DNA of 64,000 bases from Blastocladiella emersonii ATCC 22665 (taxonomy: Eukaryota > Fungi > Blastocladiomycota): contig JANHCV010000004.1 in assembly GCA_025594325.1 (NCBI GenBank), positions 1,798,001-1,862,000 on the forward strand. The letters run 5' to 3'. The notes below the pieces were generated by a model. The model ran no database searches, was not told where the DNA came from, and saw only the letters and a program-made list of their open reading frames with translations. This document shows, one piece after another, positions 8,801 through 19,199 of this stretch. The translations under genes and the position numbers were made by a program. How positions within the stretch are numbered: the stretch's first letter is position 1; each line of letters opens with the position of its first letter.

Positions 8801-10108
8801 CTCGCGGACGGCCGCGGCGGCCGCGCGCACCGCGTCAGCCTCGCCCGTGATCACGACCTTGTCGGCGTCGGCCGAGGCCGACGAGGACCCGGCAAAGGAC
8901 GGCGGCGGGACGTGGATGCGCACGCCGTACGCGGCCTCGAGCTCGGCGACGCGCGCGCCCTTGGGGCCGAGCAGGAACGGGTAGACGGCGGGCGGCACGA
9001 GCGTCGCGGGCAGCTTGGCGCGCTTGAGGGCGACGTGCTCGCCGACGATCGCCGACAGCTCGGCCTTGGCGAGCTCCAGACCCTTGGCGTCGCCCGTCAG
9101 CTTGACCTCGAGCATCGGCTCGGTCGACGCGTCCTCGAGGGCAAGGTCGGCCTCCTCCTCGGACGACTCGGAGGCGTCGTCGTCGTCGTTCTCGTTCTCC
9201 TCAGTGGTCTCGTCGGAGGTGACGTCGATCTCGGTGGCGGCCTTGGCGGCGGCGACCTTGTCCTCGATGTCGGCGGTCGGGCGGGCAAAGTCGATGCGGA
9301 CCTGGGTGCGCGTCTGGATGCCCTGGATGATCTTGCCGGCGTTGCCAATGACGTTGCCGCGGAGGCGGGCGGGGATGAGGATGGTGGTCGACGTCTGTTT
9401 AGGGGGGAGCAGGCCGGTTAGCGCGTGGATCACGACGAGCAGCACAAATCCAGCAAAACAACGCACCTTGGGCGTCACGGCAGCAACGACCATGCGCTTG
9501 GCGAGGTCGAGGTCGGCGGCGGCGCCGCGCACCGTGAAGGTGATGAGCTGGCCCTGCTTGGACGCGTTTATCTTGGTCTTGGACTTGGACGACACGTACT
9601 TGAGCTCCTGGACGAGCGCGGCGGGCGTGGTCTTGTCCTTGGGCAGCAGCGCGGGCAGCAGCGCCGAGATGGGCAGCGACACGGTGGCCGAGTGCTCCTG
9701 CGGGCCGGCCTTGGTGGCGGCCGCCGCGCGCGCAGCGACCGTGGTCGGCTTGCCCGCGGCGATCGACGGGCGCGACGCCCAGCCGGCGAACATGGAGCGC
9801 GGGGCAGCAGCCGCAGCGGGGGCGGGCCCGCCGAGCGTCGGGAACAGGTCGTCCGAGGCCAGGTCGACGGGCTTGGTCGGGTTGGCCGCCTTCTTGGGCT
9901 TGAGCGAGGGCGACTTGGGCGGGGCGGCGGCCTCGGCGAGGCGCGCGAGCTCGAGCTCGATCTCCAGGTCCAGCTCGAGGTGCGCGGGCACGGCGCCGGG
10001 CAGCGCAGACAGGTCCACGTCGTCGGCGCCCAGGTTGAGCGCGGCGACGCCAGCGGCCGCGGCGTTGGCGGCGGGCGCGTCCGGGTCGGCGTAGGCGAAC
10101 GAGGCCAT
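5885..10108 (-). CDS. SCP160: Vigilin / Scp160 multi-KH-domain RNA-binding protein (~1383 aa)
   Basis: Many KH GxxG loops (VIGNAG, LLGPKG, VLGANG, LVGVKG, IIGEKG, LVGKGG, LIGPGG, LIGRGG, IIGRAG) and an N-terminal DDLFPTLG motif. One in-frame intron at 9395-9466 (GTGCGT...CAG). Confidence 0.92.
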   Translation of the reverse strand: MASFAYADPDAPAANAAAAGVAALNLGADDVDLSALPGAVPAHLELDLEIELELARLAEAAAPPKSPSLKPKKAANPTKPVDLASDDLFPTLGGPAPAAAAAPRSMFAGWASRPSIAAGKPTTVAARAAAATKAGPQEHSATVSLPISALLPALLPKDKTTPAALVQELKYVSSKSKTKINASKQGQLITFTVRGAAADLDLAKRMVVAAVTPKVRCFAGFVLLVVIHALTGLLPPKQTSTTILIPARLRGNVIGNAGKIIQGIQTRTQVRIDFARPTADIEDKVAAAKAATEIDVTSDETTEENENDDDDASESSEEEADLALEDASTEPMLEVKLTGDAKGLELAKAELSAIVGEHVALKRAKLPATLVPPAVYPFLLGPKGARVAELEAAYGVRIHVPPPSFAGSSSASADADKVVITGEADAVRAAAAAVREAAAEIASGTAALNVDIPKRQHKFVLGANGANLHELMDATGCIVELPAAADTSTTVTVRGPAANLARAFELVMAKAASVVAVDFDLAPYVAGGKSTATAAVLAKYLNARDRPAIKAIEAEAGAQIFFPRAGDAHQHVLEVAGPSKAATDAARALLTAHLTAKGTFFYNAVAVPSELLKHSRVRAAIKKAREELANAAGQGNKALTLDAAYLTDAEFADELTLAVFDPNHGPSSAKKGSTNSVAPTVKAKIAEDIVKAAHQAAEFATEIFTVPAKYHKHLVGVKGAKLNALIAEVAHTPEVPLVVRLGTGPKKATADKAPVALEADQILVRGIKAEVTAAIAKLRAVAEEAKHAEIMGGFTAEFTIPAKHAPHIVGKAAANLNKYKEVIGIEKIDVAQPAQGDAVAKVSLKGTQKAMAAVEAAIRARIVELDDATAQTVKVPNEFHGKIIGEKGKYVKRLEDKYAVRIQFPRQGDAADDQNAITVRGARKGVAGAVAEIVELYEYEKATSFTDTVTVPGTVIASLVGKGGSRIAQLKQLTDVRIDFPHPSGRRSATPDVDEAAAARPATETITLTGTKDQVVLTKQVIREVVSIMNASGLTWASEAVPVPKALHRRLIGPGGSALRAFLAPFNSAPADEKKKPAATSTASEEVKALARTIFGVGESRAAETAAGGVLRADLRVPKSGEDVVVRACDAATLAKVKAALLARVAELQDEVTLVVHLPVAVFPALIGRGGAGARELQDKFKVNVDFEKKTKASDEPIPVPEDRDDLTAAPLGAAYVRGSAAAARAAIDAILAKVPYTKSVSIPASHKRGLLFGSNPKIAAIRALGVTVDMPPKAQVKDDQDETWSLRAEARDKVAAALAELEAYLATPAPAAEASGAAATRGARPGKKGPEVVHTISDIEPRDHRHIIGRAGMTITEIRNATNTRIDVPRAGESGDKHTITIRGAKQADVDEAERMIREAVERANQ

Positions 10109-10703
10109 GGTGTAGTCGCGGGCGCGGGGTAGCGGGGACGGGTGACCGGGGAGGATACTTCGAGCAGCCGTGGGCGGAATTCGGGCGTCGGGTCGGAGGA
10201 TCAGGCGCGCCAAGCGGAGGGGGTTGATGGCGTAGCTGATTGGACGGGACGTCGTGGGGGCGCGCACAGAGCTCGAGCCGACAGGAGGGCGAAGGAGGGG
10301 CGAAGAGGGCGGGGAGCGAAGAGGGGGGCGGGAGGGAGGGGCGAGCGGGCGTGGGGGTCGGCGCGCTCTTGTAGATCACCTCGCCGCGTCCTCTTTGCAT
10401 GTGGGCGTCGGCGGCGCCCTTCCCTTCCGCCCGCGTCTCTCTCTCGCCACGCGAGACGCCCGCGCCAAAACCACCGGGTTCGCGCCGGTTTTGCGTCACG
10501 CCACACTTGCGTGACTGTGGCGTAGTAGGGAGCCCACAGCGACGGGTCACGCCGGACCGGCTGATCGCGGCGCACCGACGCGAGCGCGTTCCTCGCGCAA
10601 CCGACTACGCCACGGCCATCGAGTCAGACGAGCGCGTGAGCGTCACGAAGCACACGAAGACCACGGATTTGCTACGCATCGAGCCCACTGAGCCGCCGCA
10701 ACC

Positions 10704-12737
10704 ATGTCGCTGGCGCTCAGCAACCCCAACAACGTCAAGGTGTACCGCGTCGGCGGGTCGGCGCGCAACATCACGCTGCCGAAATGGCTGGCGTCGCAGT
10801 CCAAGTCGACGCTCAAGAACGACCCCGAGTGGCGCAACCGCATCGAGCTGATCCAGGACTTTGAGTTCCCGCAGGCCTCGTACCGCATCAAGCTGACGCG
10901 CGACGGCAAGTACGCCATGGCCACGGGCGTCTACAAGCCGCAGATGCGCGTTTTCGACTTCTCGGAAATGTCCATGAAGTTTGAGCGCCACGCCGACGTC
11001 GAGAACGTCAACTTCACCATCCTGTCCGACGACTGGACCAAGTCGGTCCACCTCCAGGCCGACCGCACCATCGAGTTCCACACCCATTTCGGCCGCCTCT
11101 ACTCGACGCGCATCCCCAAGTTCGGCCGCGACCTCGAGTACTCGTACCCGACCGCCGACCTGCTCGTCGGCGGTGCCACCAACGAGGTGTACCGCCTCAA
11201 CCTCGAGCAGGGCCGCTTCCTCAACCCGCTCGTCACCGACTCGCCCGGCATCAACAAGGTCGAGATCAACCCTGCCAACCAGCTGTGGGCGTTTGGCGGC
11301 GAGGACGGCTGCGTCGAGTTCTGGGACCCGCGCGTCCGCACCCGCATCGCCCGCGTGGACGTGTACCCGTCGCTGCAGGGCCGGTTCCTCGACGACTCGG
11401 ACCTCGACTACGCGGGCAACCCGGTCCGCCCCGAGATCTCGGCCCTCGCCTTCCGCAACGACGGCCTGCACCTCGGCGTCGGCACCTCGACCGGCCACGT
11501 CCTCCTCTACGACCTGCGTACCTCGACCCCGCGCATCGTCAAGGACCACCAGTACGGCACCGAGATCCGCTCGCTGCACTGGCACGACCGCTCCGAGAAC
11601 GTCATCTCCGCCGACAAGAAGATCATTCGCATGTGGAACCGCGACTCGGGCAAGCTCTTCACCTCGATCGAGCCGCCCACCGACATCAACGACGTATGCG
11701 TCGTCCCCGACTCGGGCATGCTGTTTGTCGCCGGCGAGTCGGTCCAGATGCACACGTACCTGGTCCCGGACCTCGGCCCGTCGCCGCGCTTCGCGTCCTT
11801 CCTCGACAACCTCACCGAGGAGATGGCCGAGACCACCGCCACGGTGCTCTACGACAACTACAAGTTCGTCACCCGTAACGACCTGCGCAAGCTCGGCCTC
11901 GAGAAGGTCATTGGCACCCCCGCCGCCAAGGCGTACATGCACGGGTACTTCATCGACCAGCGCCTGTACGAGCGCGCGCGCGTCATCGCCAACCCCTTCG
12001 CCTTCGACGAGTACAAGAAGCAGGCCGTGCGCGAGAAGATCGAGGCCAAGCGCGCGTCCCGCATCGCCTCGGTCGTCCAGGCCAAGAAGGTCAAGGTCAA
12101 CCAGGCCCTCGCCGACAAGCTCGGCGGCACCGAGACCGTCGACGACCGGTTCAAGGCCGTCTTCGAGAACCCCGACTTCCACGTCGACGAGGCCTCGGAC
12201 GCCTTCAAGCTCATCAACCCCTCGGGCAAGTCCACCAAGAAGGTCAAGAAGTCGGACCTCGCCTACGCCGACTCGGACGACGACGACGTGTACCACGCCG
12301 CCCACGCGCGCAAGGCCGCCGGGCTCGCGTCCGGCGACGACGACGGCGCTCGCAGTGGCTCGGACGGCGGCGACGACTCGGGCGACGACGACGACCAGCC
12401 CAAGATCCGCGACGACGAGCCTGTGCCCGCGCCATCAGCCAAGAAGGGCAAGAAGAAGCGCGGCGCCGCCGACGCCGAGGACCGCATCCTGCGGTTCCGT
12501 CCGGCCGCCCCCGCGAAACCCGCGGCCTCCTCGGCCCCCGCAAAACCCGCGGGCCCGTCCATGGCCGAGATCAAGTCGGCCGCCACGCTCCGCCGCAAGC
12601 AGACCTTCGCTGCGCGCGTCGCGACCGAGGTCGACCTGCATACCCCGAACTCGCGGTCGACGGCCGGCGGCATGGAGATGCGGTTCGAGGTGCCCGGCAA
12701 GGGCGGAAAGGACAAGAAGCGGCGGCGAAACGAGTAG
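10704..12737 (+). CDS. NOL10: Nucleolar protein 10 / Enp2 (WD40, 40S biogenesis), 677 aa
   Basis: NNVKVYRV...RIELIQDFEFPQAS...ATGVYKPQMRVFD N-terminus, WD repeats, KAYMHGYFID and a DDRFKAVFENPDF (NUC153-like) motif. Single exon. Confidence 0.95.
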   Translation: MSLALSNPNNVKVYRVGGSARNITLPKWLASQSKSTLKNDPEWRNRIELIQDFEFPQASYRIKLTRDGKYAMATGVYKPQMRVFDFSEMSMKFERHADVENVNFTILSDDWTKSVHLQADRTIEFHTHFGRLYSTRIPKFGRDLEYSYPTADLLVGGATNEVYRLNLEQGRFLNPLVTDSPGINKVEINPANQLWAFGGEDGCVEFWDPRVRTRIARVDVYPSLQGRFLDDSDLDYAGNPVRPEISALAFRNDGLHLGVGTSTGHVLLYDLRTSTPRIVKDHQYGTEIRSLHWHDRSENVISADKKIIRMWNRDSGKLFTSIEPPTDINDVCVVPDSGMLFVAGESVQMHTYLVPDLGPSPRFASFLDNLTEEMAETTATVLYDNYKFVTRNDLRKLGLEKVIGTPAAKAYMHGYFIDQRLYERARVIANPFAFDEYKKQAVREKIEAKRASRIASVVQAKKVKVNQALADKLGGTETVDDRFKAVFENPDFHVDEASDAFKLINPSGKSTKKVKKSDLAYADSDDDDVYHAAHARKAAGLASGDDDGARSGSDGGDDSGDDDDQPKIRDDEPVPAPSAKKGKKKRGAADAEDRILRFRPAAPAKPAASSAPAKPAGPSMAEIKSAATLRRKQTFAARVATEVDLHTPNSRSTAGGMEMRFEVPGKGGKDKKRRRNE

Positions 12738-12761
12738 GCCCGCGGCCGTGTAGATATTCTC

Positions 12762-13665
12762 TCAAAAGCTATAAATTAGGTAACCTGTGCAAATCTCGCG
12801 TGGTTCGGGTGAGCGGATTGGAGCGGAGTGGCGCAGCGCGAGCGAAGTGTGGCGCAACGCGTCCACCATCAGGTTGGCGATCGGCTTCGACTTGAGCTCG
12901 TTGCGTGCACGCTCGCTTGCCTCGACAAGCATGGGGAAGCCGTACGGCGCGGACGGCGACATGACAAGCGACACCACGACATCCAGCAGCGTCACTGGCG
13001 ACGTCAGTGCTTCACAAGGTCGCCAAACGAGCGCGGATGGTCGCGCTTGCACGCTCGCACGGATGACAGACTTTCATCGGTCGGCCGAGTCACTTTCGTT
13101 GAGGACTTGGCTGCTGTACCGCGATGGTCGTTGGCAGGGAAGACTTGACGCGCATCCGCGTGGATACTGTCGCCACCGGCGAGCCCAACGAGTGCAATCG
13201 CTTCGTAGCCAAGGACGCCGGTTGCCACTACTTGCCACCAAGCAATGTATTTAAGACTTGCCCTCCACTACGCGATGGGTATGCTCGCTTGCTCAACAAC
13301 AAGATTGGCGCTCGTTCTGGAGACCCCATCAGAGACCGTGGTTTTTCCTTGCCTCGGCCAAGAGCGCGCGTGTGTGTTCAAGCACCTCCATGTTCTTTGC
13401 CAGTTGCTTCTGAATCTCCGCGACCTGCTGCTGGAAACTTTCTTCCCGGTGCAGCTTTTTTGCCTCTGAAATTGTCCGTGATGGCCGGTGTGGGGCCAAC
13501 GGAGCGTGGTTCACGACGCCCTGCAAGCACGCTTTGAGCTGGTCGAGTTGCGTTGAACTGAACGTCGGGGCGGTAGTCCGGCACTGCATCAGTCGTTCCA
13601 CGTCAGCCTGCAGCGTACGCGGCGGGCGAGCGTTGGCGTGGAACCCTCGCGAGACGACGGTACAT
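12762..13665 (-). pseudogene. Decayed or rapidly evolving gene remnant(s) of unknown family
   Basis: Several short collinear minus-strand ORFs (13329..13601, 13004..13228, 12762..13052) with protein-like composition. Their codon bias is visibly weaker than in neighbouring genes and they are separated by stops. Confidence 0.3.
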
Positions 13666-13737
13666 GTTTTTTGACAGGGAGGAGCGGGAGTAACTTGAGC
13701 GAGAATATTTAGTCGTTAGGCGTGCGTGTGAGCGTAG

Positions 13738-13785
13738 GTAGTTCACTCCTCGAGGTGTCATGTAGTTCACTCCTCGACGTGTCAT
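13738..13785. repeat. Tandem duplication, 2 x 24 bp
   Basis: gtagttcactcctcgaggtgtcat / gtagttcactcctcgacgtgtcat (1 mismatch). Confidence 0.9.
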
Positions 13786-15082
13786 GAGTGTGGGTTAGCG
13801 AGACAGGCAGGCCTACGCAGGGCGAGACAGACTTTATAACGTGCATGTTCTCAGCCCCTGAACAAGACGAATGCGCGGTTGTAGTCGGTTCATTTCCTTG
13901 ACTGTGCACGGGGCGAAAGGACGTGACAGATCACTGGACGCATCACGCGAGTGCATCAAGCGACCCACGAGTTTCTAGCCTCGCACATGCACTCACACCT
14001 TGGAGCGTGATTGACCTCAGTAACTGGCGTACCCGCTGATTTTCCAGCGAACAGTGAGAGTACGGCCACCTATTTGCCTTGCACGAGGGCGGGAAGCAGG
14101 CACAGCGGGGTCGATCCGGTCCAGCGTTTCGGGCGGCAGCGCACCGCAAGCTGTGGCGCAACGCGACTACAGGTGCCAGGTTCGTCGTTCCGAACCGAGC
14201 GACCTGTTCGCACGCACGTGCACTTGCATCGCGGAGCACAAACTGGACCAACGGACTGAACACGTTCCTCAGCCAGCATGTGCTAGCAACTTCGACTCCT
14301 TGGTCACGCCATGACGCGGAACGTTTAGGGTAAGAACCTCAGCAAGTTAACACGAGCTTACGCGATAGCGGCTTGCGAGCACGTCGGGCCTCACGTTCGA
14401 CACGTTGATGAGCGAAGTGATGGGCAGCGCGCGGGCGAGCGTGTTGCGTGATCGCGACTACGGCACCGAGTGGAGTCACGGCAACGGGAGCGCCCGGATC
14501 ACGGTTTCGATCAAATCGCATTTCTGGTGCTCTCGACCTGATAGAACCACGTCACGCGAACGATTTCTCCAGCAGTACGACACCGAGCCTCATTCCTGAC
14601 CAAGCAAGTCAACGCGCAACGCTGCGCACTGGCGTAGCAGCGCCTCACGCCGCGGCCCCGGTGAGGCGCTGGGTCCCGCGTTACGCAAGCACAAGCTGGG
14701 CAGGTGCGAACAATAGCTCGCTACTCGGAAAATATCTTCGACACCATGAACCTGGGACGTGTATCAGGTGCGAAAACAGCCCGCGCGGGCAACAGTGGCG
14801 TAAAAGCCGCTGAAACGCTGAGCCGTGCACGCGCGACCCCACCCGTCTCAGCACGTCCCTGTACTCGCGCGCGTGCATCGATCGTATGCCTGCCTGCGTG
14901 CGTGAGCAGCGCGTTGTTCCGATGTCGCAAGGAACCATGCGGCCGGACGATAAAAGGGCGGCGTGCCCCCCACACGCCGGACTGGTTCCTTGTCCAACGC
15001 CGTAGAGAGCTGGTCTCGCCCAGACTCGTAGATCGATAGTCTCGCCATCCATCCACCCATCCCTGCATCGTAGACCGTAGAC

Positions 15083-16922
15083 ATGGTCGCCACACCTACC
15101 CTCTCGATCGCCCTGGCGGCTACCGCCACTCTTGCGCTGCTCGCGGCCTCGGCCGACTCGGCCACCGCTGGCCCGTCGAGCAACGCCCGCCACGTCCCGC
15201 TGAGCATCCCCGACGACGAGTACCTCGTCAAGCGCGCAAACCCCGCCGACGACGACTTTGTGCTGCGCGCTGGTCCGGTACGATCTCTCTTTCGGCCCAC
15301 CCGCCTTGGCAAGGCCGATTCGCTCATAACACTCCCGTCGCACATCGTAGAACGGCGAGTACATGGGCGGTTCGCGCGGCGCCAAGCAGGCCAAGCCCGT
15401 GCCCATGGACCCGCTCCCGGTCCCGCGCACCAGCTTCGCGCCCGTCATGAACGTCAAGACGGCGTTCGCGGCCACGGTGCCCGAGCACGAGGGCGTGTTC
15501 GGCAAGCCCGCCGTCATGGTCGCCAAGTGCGACCTCAACACCAAGATGCCCACCATCAACCTCGACAACTACGTCCAGATCACGGGCGTGTCGTGCGCGG
15601 CCGACGCCGTCACGCTGACGTTCGACAATGCGGCCACGGCGGCCTCGGCGAGCGCCGAGTGGGCCAAGGCCAGCGGCAACTGGGCGGTGCTCGTCGGCAG
15701 CTCGTGGAAGTGCGACGGCAAGGACGAGATCGCCGCGCGCCAGGTCACGGCGGCGCCCAAGACGGCCGACGGCGGCAAGGTCGTGCTCACGACCAAGAAG
15801 GTGGCCACCGAGGAGGTGATCGCGACCTTCGACCTCAAGGTGACGCAGCACGATCTCGGCGAGGTGCAGGCCGCGGCGGCTGCCGCGGGCGGGCTCGTCG
15901 CGCGCGACGTGTCGAACCACGTCAGCTGGGACCTCAACATCAACTGGGACAAGAAGAAGCGCAAGCCGATCAAGCCGTTTATTTCGCTGCTCAACTCGTC
16001 CAACGCCGAGCTCGGTGCCGACATCTCGGTCCACGGTCGCGCGACGTTCAGTCTCGAGGCCAAGGGCAGCCTGTTCTCGCTCGAGTCGTACCGCGTCGCG
16101 CTCGAGGGCGACATTGCCGGCAACCTCGACCTGTTCCTGCGCGTGTACAAGGAGCACAAGGCCGAGCTCTTCTCGGTCGAGGTGTTCGTCCTGCCGCTGA
16201 CCCCGTTCTACATTCCCGGCATCTTATCCATGTCGCCCGAGCTGCGCCTCAAGGCGGCCGCCACGTACGAGCTCGCCGCGTCCATGAAGCTGTCGGCCGG
16301 CCTCGAGCTCAACTACCCGTTCGTGTGGAGCGTCGAGTCCAAGACGGGTCTGTTCGGCACGCCCATCGCCAAGGCTGAGGGCACCGTCAAGGTCACGCCG
16401 CACCCGCCGACGCTCTCGGGCGAGGTGAGCGCGCGTGTAGCGGCGCACATCATCCCCGCGGTCGGCGTCGGGCTGCGCATCTGGAAGATCCCCGTGTTCG
16501 ATTTGGCTCTGGAACTCGACTCGTCCATGGGCATGGCATTCTCTGCTAAGGCCAAGGCCGTGACCCCCATCAAGTCGGAGCTCGCGGGCGAGATCAACGT
16601 CGATGTCAGCCACGAGCACTCGCTCGACTTCCACATCCGCTCGGTCGTCGGCAACAAGGCGTTCCACATCTGGGGCACAGGCAAGCTGCCGCTGCCCGCG
16701 CTCAGCTTCAAGGTCGCCGGCTCGACCAAGCAGATCGGCGACGGCAAGGCTGACGCGCCCAAGGCCCCGGCCAAGCCCGACAAGACCGTCGTCCCGATCT
16801 GGGACGCCATCGCCCCCGCGCTCCCGACCCTCGTCCCCTCGCCCATCCCGACCGTCATCCCGCTGCCAGGCACTGGCTCGGACGGCCCGATTATGCGCAT
16901 CCCCCGCAAGCCCGCGGCCTGA
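15083..16922 (+). CDS. Secreted beta-rich fungal protein (resembles DUF7029/DUF7223-type proteins), ~588 aa
   Basis: Exon 1 is 15083-15277 (signal peptide MVATPTLSIALAATATLALLAASA, dibasic LVKR), intron 15278-15350, exon 2 is 15351-16922. It contains the LDNYVQITGVSC...LTF...A...W...VLVG..WKC pattern and a Pro-rich tail. The family call is from memory. Confidence 0.75.
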
Positions 16923-17021
16923 TTGAATCGAGTGTCATTTGATCTAAATAGTAGTTTGTTTTCATGTTTAATCCCTCCGCCTCGTGTGCACGGTGTGAGG
17001 ACGCGTTTGCTTCGCCGCGGC

Positions 17022-17040
17022 AAGTGTGGCGCATCGCGTC
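17022..17040 (+). promoter_or_regulatory. Recurrent motif AAGTGTGGCGCANCGCGTC (further copies at 12845-12863 and 26611-26629)
   Basis: Three copies are identical at 18 of 19 positions. Partial copies occur at 10499-10508(-), 14152-14165, 49815-49826 and 52050-52066. Confidence 0.5.
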
Positions 17041-17185
17041 TCGCACCGCGCACGTGATTGATCAAAAATGTCTCCGCTCTTGATTTGTCTCGCAGGCTCG
17101 CCGCCTCCACTCGCCTGAAAATGATTCCACGTCCTCTCTTCCCTCCGCATGCCAGAGCTTTATCACTGAACTTGATGCAACGCAA

Positions 17186-18257
17186 ATGAAAAACTACGCT
17201 TCAACGGATACTAGCCGCAACGCGGGCGACCGCGACGAGGAGGGTCGGGCGGTCCAGGCGCTGCAGGAGACGGTCGCCCTGCTCCTCAACTCGGTCTCGA
17301 CGCTGCACTCGACCGTTGTGGCGCAGAACAAGCGGATCGAGCACCTCGAGGGCCTCGTCCGCGCCGGTTCCTTTACTCCGAGCAAGGTCGGCCCCGTTCC
17401 ACCGCCAGCCGTTCCTGCGCCTGTCCCGCCGCAGCCGAGCCCAAAATCGACGCGGTCCAGCCCGGCTCGGCCATCGTCGGGCGAGCATCTCGCACCGCCG
17501 CAGCCGCCGCGGTTCCCGCTGCTCGCACAACCCCCGGTGCACCAGTACCCGGTGCCCGCGGCAGCGAAGGTGCCGCAGTTCCCGCCGCCCATCCCATCCC
17601 AAGTGCCGGGCGGCCCGCCCTTCACGGCCCGTGCTTTCGCAGCGGGCGGGACCCCGTGGCCCGGCTCGCCCACGCACCCAAACCATGTGCTGCCTCAACC
17701 GCACGCTCTTCCGCCTGGGCCCGCGCCACCGCTCGCGTCCGGCGTTCACGCCGGCAACGGCGCGTCGTACCACCTCGAGGACGATGCGACTCCGTACAGC
17801 TCGTACGGCGACTTGAGTGTGGCCTCGACCTCGTCCGCGGCGTCCTACGGCTTTGCCGCGGCCCCACCCCGCGTCATCACGTTCTTCGTCCGTTCGCCGC
17901 TGCCGGTGGCGGATCCATGTACGCGTCGCTCATTTCTTCCTCCGCTGACACGGACGTGCTGACCCTGCTCTCGTTTCAGGGATCCGCTGCACGTGCGACC
18001 GGTACCAGCCGTTCGCGGCCTTTGCAACCTCGTTTGCTGCGACCCTGGGCGTGCCGCACGACTGGCTGGTGTTTGTCTTTGGACCACGGTCGATTGGGGC
18101 GGCGACGCTCGCCGGGTCGCCCATGACGTTCGCCGACGTACGTCGATCGCTGCTCCTCGCCCGTGTCCTCGATCGCTCACCGAACTCGCTTGTGTAGCTA
18201 GGGATCACGGACCAGAGCCAGATCGAGGCGCTCCTGAAGCCCGCGCACCGGTCGTGA
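17186..18257 (+). CDS. Pro-rich protein with N-terminal coiled coil and C-terminal SUMO/ubiquitin-like domain
   Basis: Exons 17186-17918, 17980-18137 and 18198-18257; phases are consistent. C-terminus VITFFVRSPLPVADPWIRCTCDRYQPFAAFATSFAATLGVPHDWLVFVFGPRSIGAATLAGSPMTFADLGITDQSQIEALLKPAHRS*. Confidence 0.65.
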
Positions 18258-18395
18258 GTGGGCCAACGACGCAACGGTATCCGAGGGGGTTGCGAGTCGG
18301 TACATTAAACTCGCTTGTTGCTATAATCACCGTTGCATTTGACCTGCGATCACGATTCCCATCAAGTATGATCATCGTCATCGTCATCGTCATCG

Positions 18396-18800
18396 TCACT
18401 CGTCCTCATCGTCCTCGTCGTTCTCGCCCTCGCCCACCTCCTGGTTCTCGACAATCTCCTGCCAGTTGTACCGGTTGAGCGGCGGCGACGCGAGAAGTTT
18501 CTCGAGGCTGGCCGTGAGGTTGGGCTGCATCGGGACGGGCTCGTACGTCTTCTCGAAGTGCGCCGCCAGCACGCGACGGGCGACCTCGGTGTCCCGGTCG
18601 AAGCGCACGTTCTTGGGGAGTGTCATGGCGTACGCGTCCACCTCGGCCTCGATCGCGGCGCGCTCCTCGGCCGAGACGAGCGGCGGCTGCGGCGGGCGCG
18701 AGGCCCGCGGCGACGGCGCCCTGCCCTGCGCGCGCGCCTCGATGTCCCGCTTCGCCTTGGCCCGCCCCGCCTGGGCCTCCTTCTTCGGGATCTTGGGCAT
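18396..18800 (-). CDS. Small basic hypothetical protein, 134 aa (paralog A2 of 3843-4334)
   Basis: MPKIPKKEAQAGRAKAKRDIEAR...PPQPPLVSAEERA...NVRFDRDTE...LLASPPLNRYN. Probable 5'-UTR intron at 18835-18955. Confidence 0.8.
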   Translation of the reverse strand: MPKIPKKEAQAGRAKAKRDIEARAQGRAPSPRASRPPQPPLVSAEERAAIEAEVDAYAMTLPKNVRFDRDTEVARRVLAAHFEKTYEPVPMQPNLTASLEKLLASPPLNRYNWQEIVENQEVGEGENDEDDEDE

Positions 18801-19199
18801 GCTCGGGGAGGGTCGTTGGTGGTTGGTTGTTAAACTACACGGCATGGGCGCGCGAGCAGCTTCAGCACGAGGTGCTTGCTGAGCGAACACCGTCTCGGAA
18901 GCTTGCCGAACGCGATGCAGGTGCGTATCGCTGGTACTGCCGCTGAACAAGTTACGTAGCAGTTGCGTGTAGTCCACTTCAACAGTTCCGAGCCAGGGAG
19001 GGAGGGAGGGAGCGAGAGAAGTTCCGATGTGAGGACGCGACACGGTGCGGCGAGCGCTCATCGGCTTGAACAACGCGTGCTCACGAGGGGCTGGATCGAG
19101 GGCAACTCACTCGCACCGACAGGGCAACACGAAACGCATCGATTGATGTTACACGCGACCACCACGGTTGCCTCGACGGGCAACATCGGCGCCAACACC

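Noticed and set aside
12762-13052. PYGFPMLVEASERAR resembling a NurA-type motif
   Set aside because: A single short motif in a broken ORF, with no other catalytic residues recognisable.
14638-14671. 11-bp perfect hairpin cagcgcctcac...gtgaggcgctg
   Set aside because: A stem of this length is expected about once by chance in 64 kb of GC-rich DNA. There is no U-tract or CTRR context.
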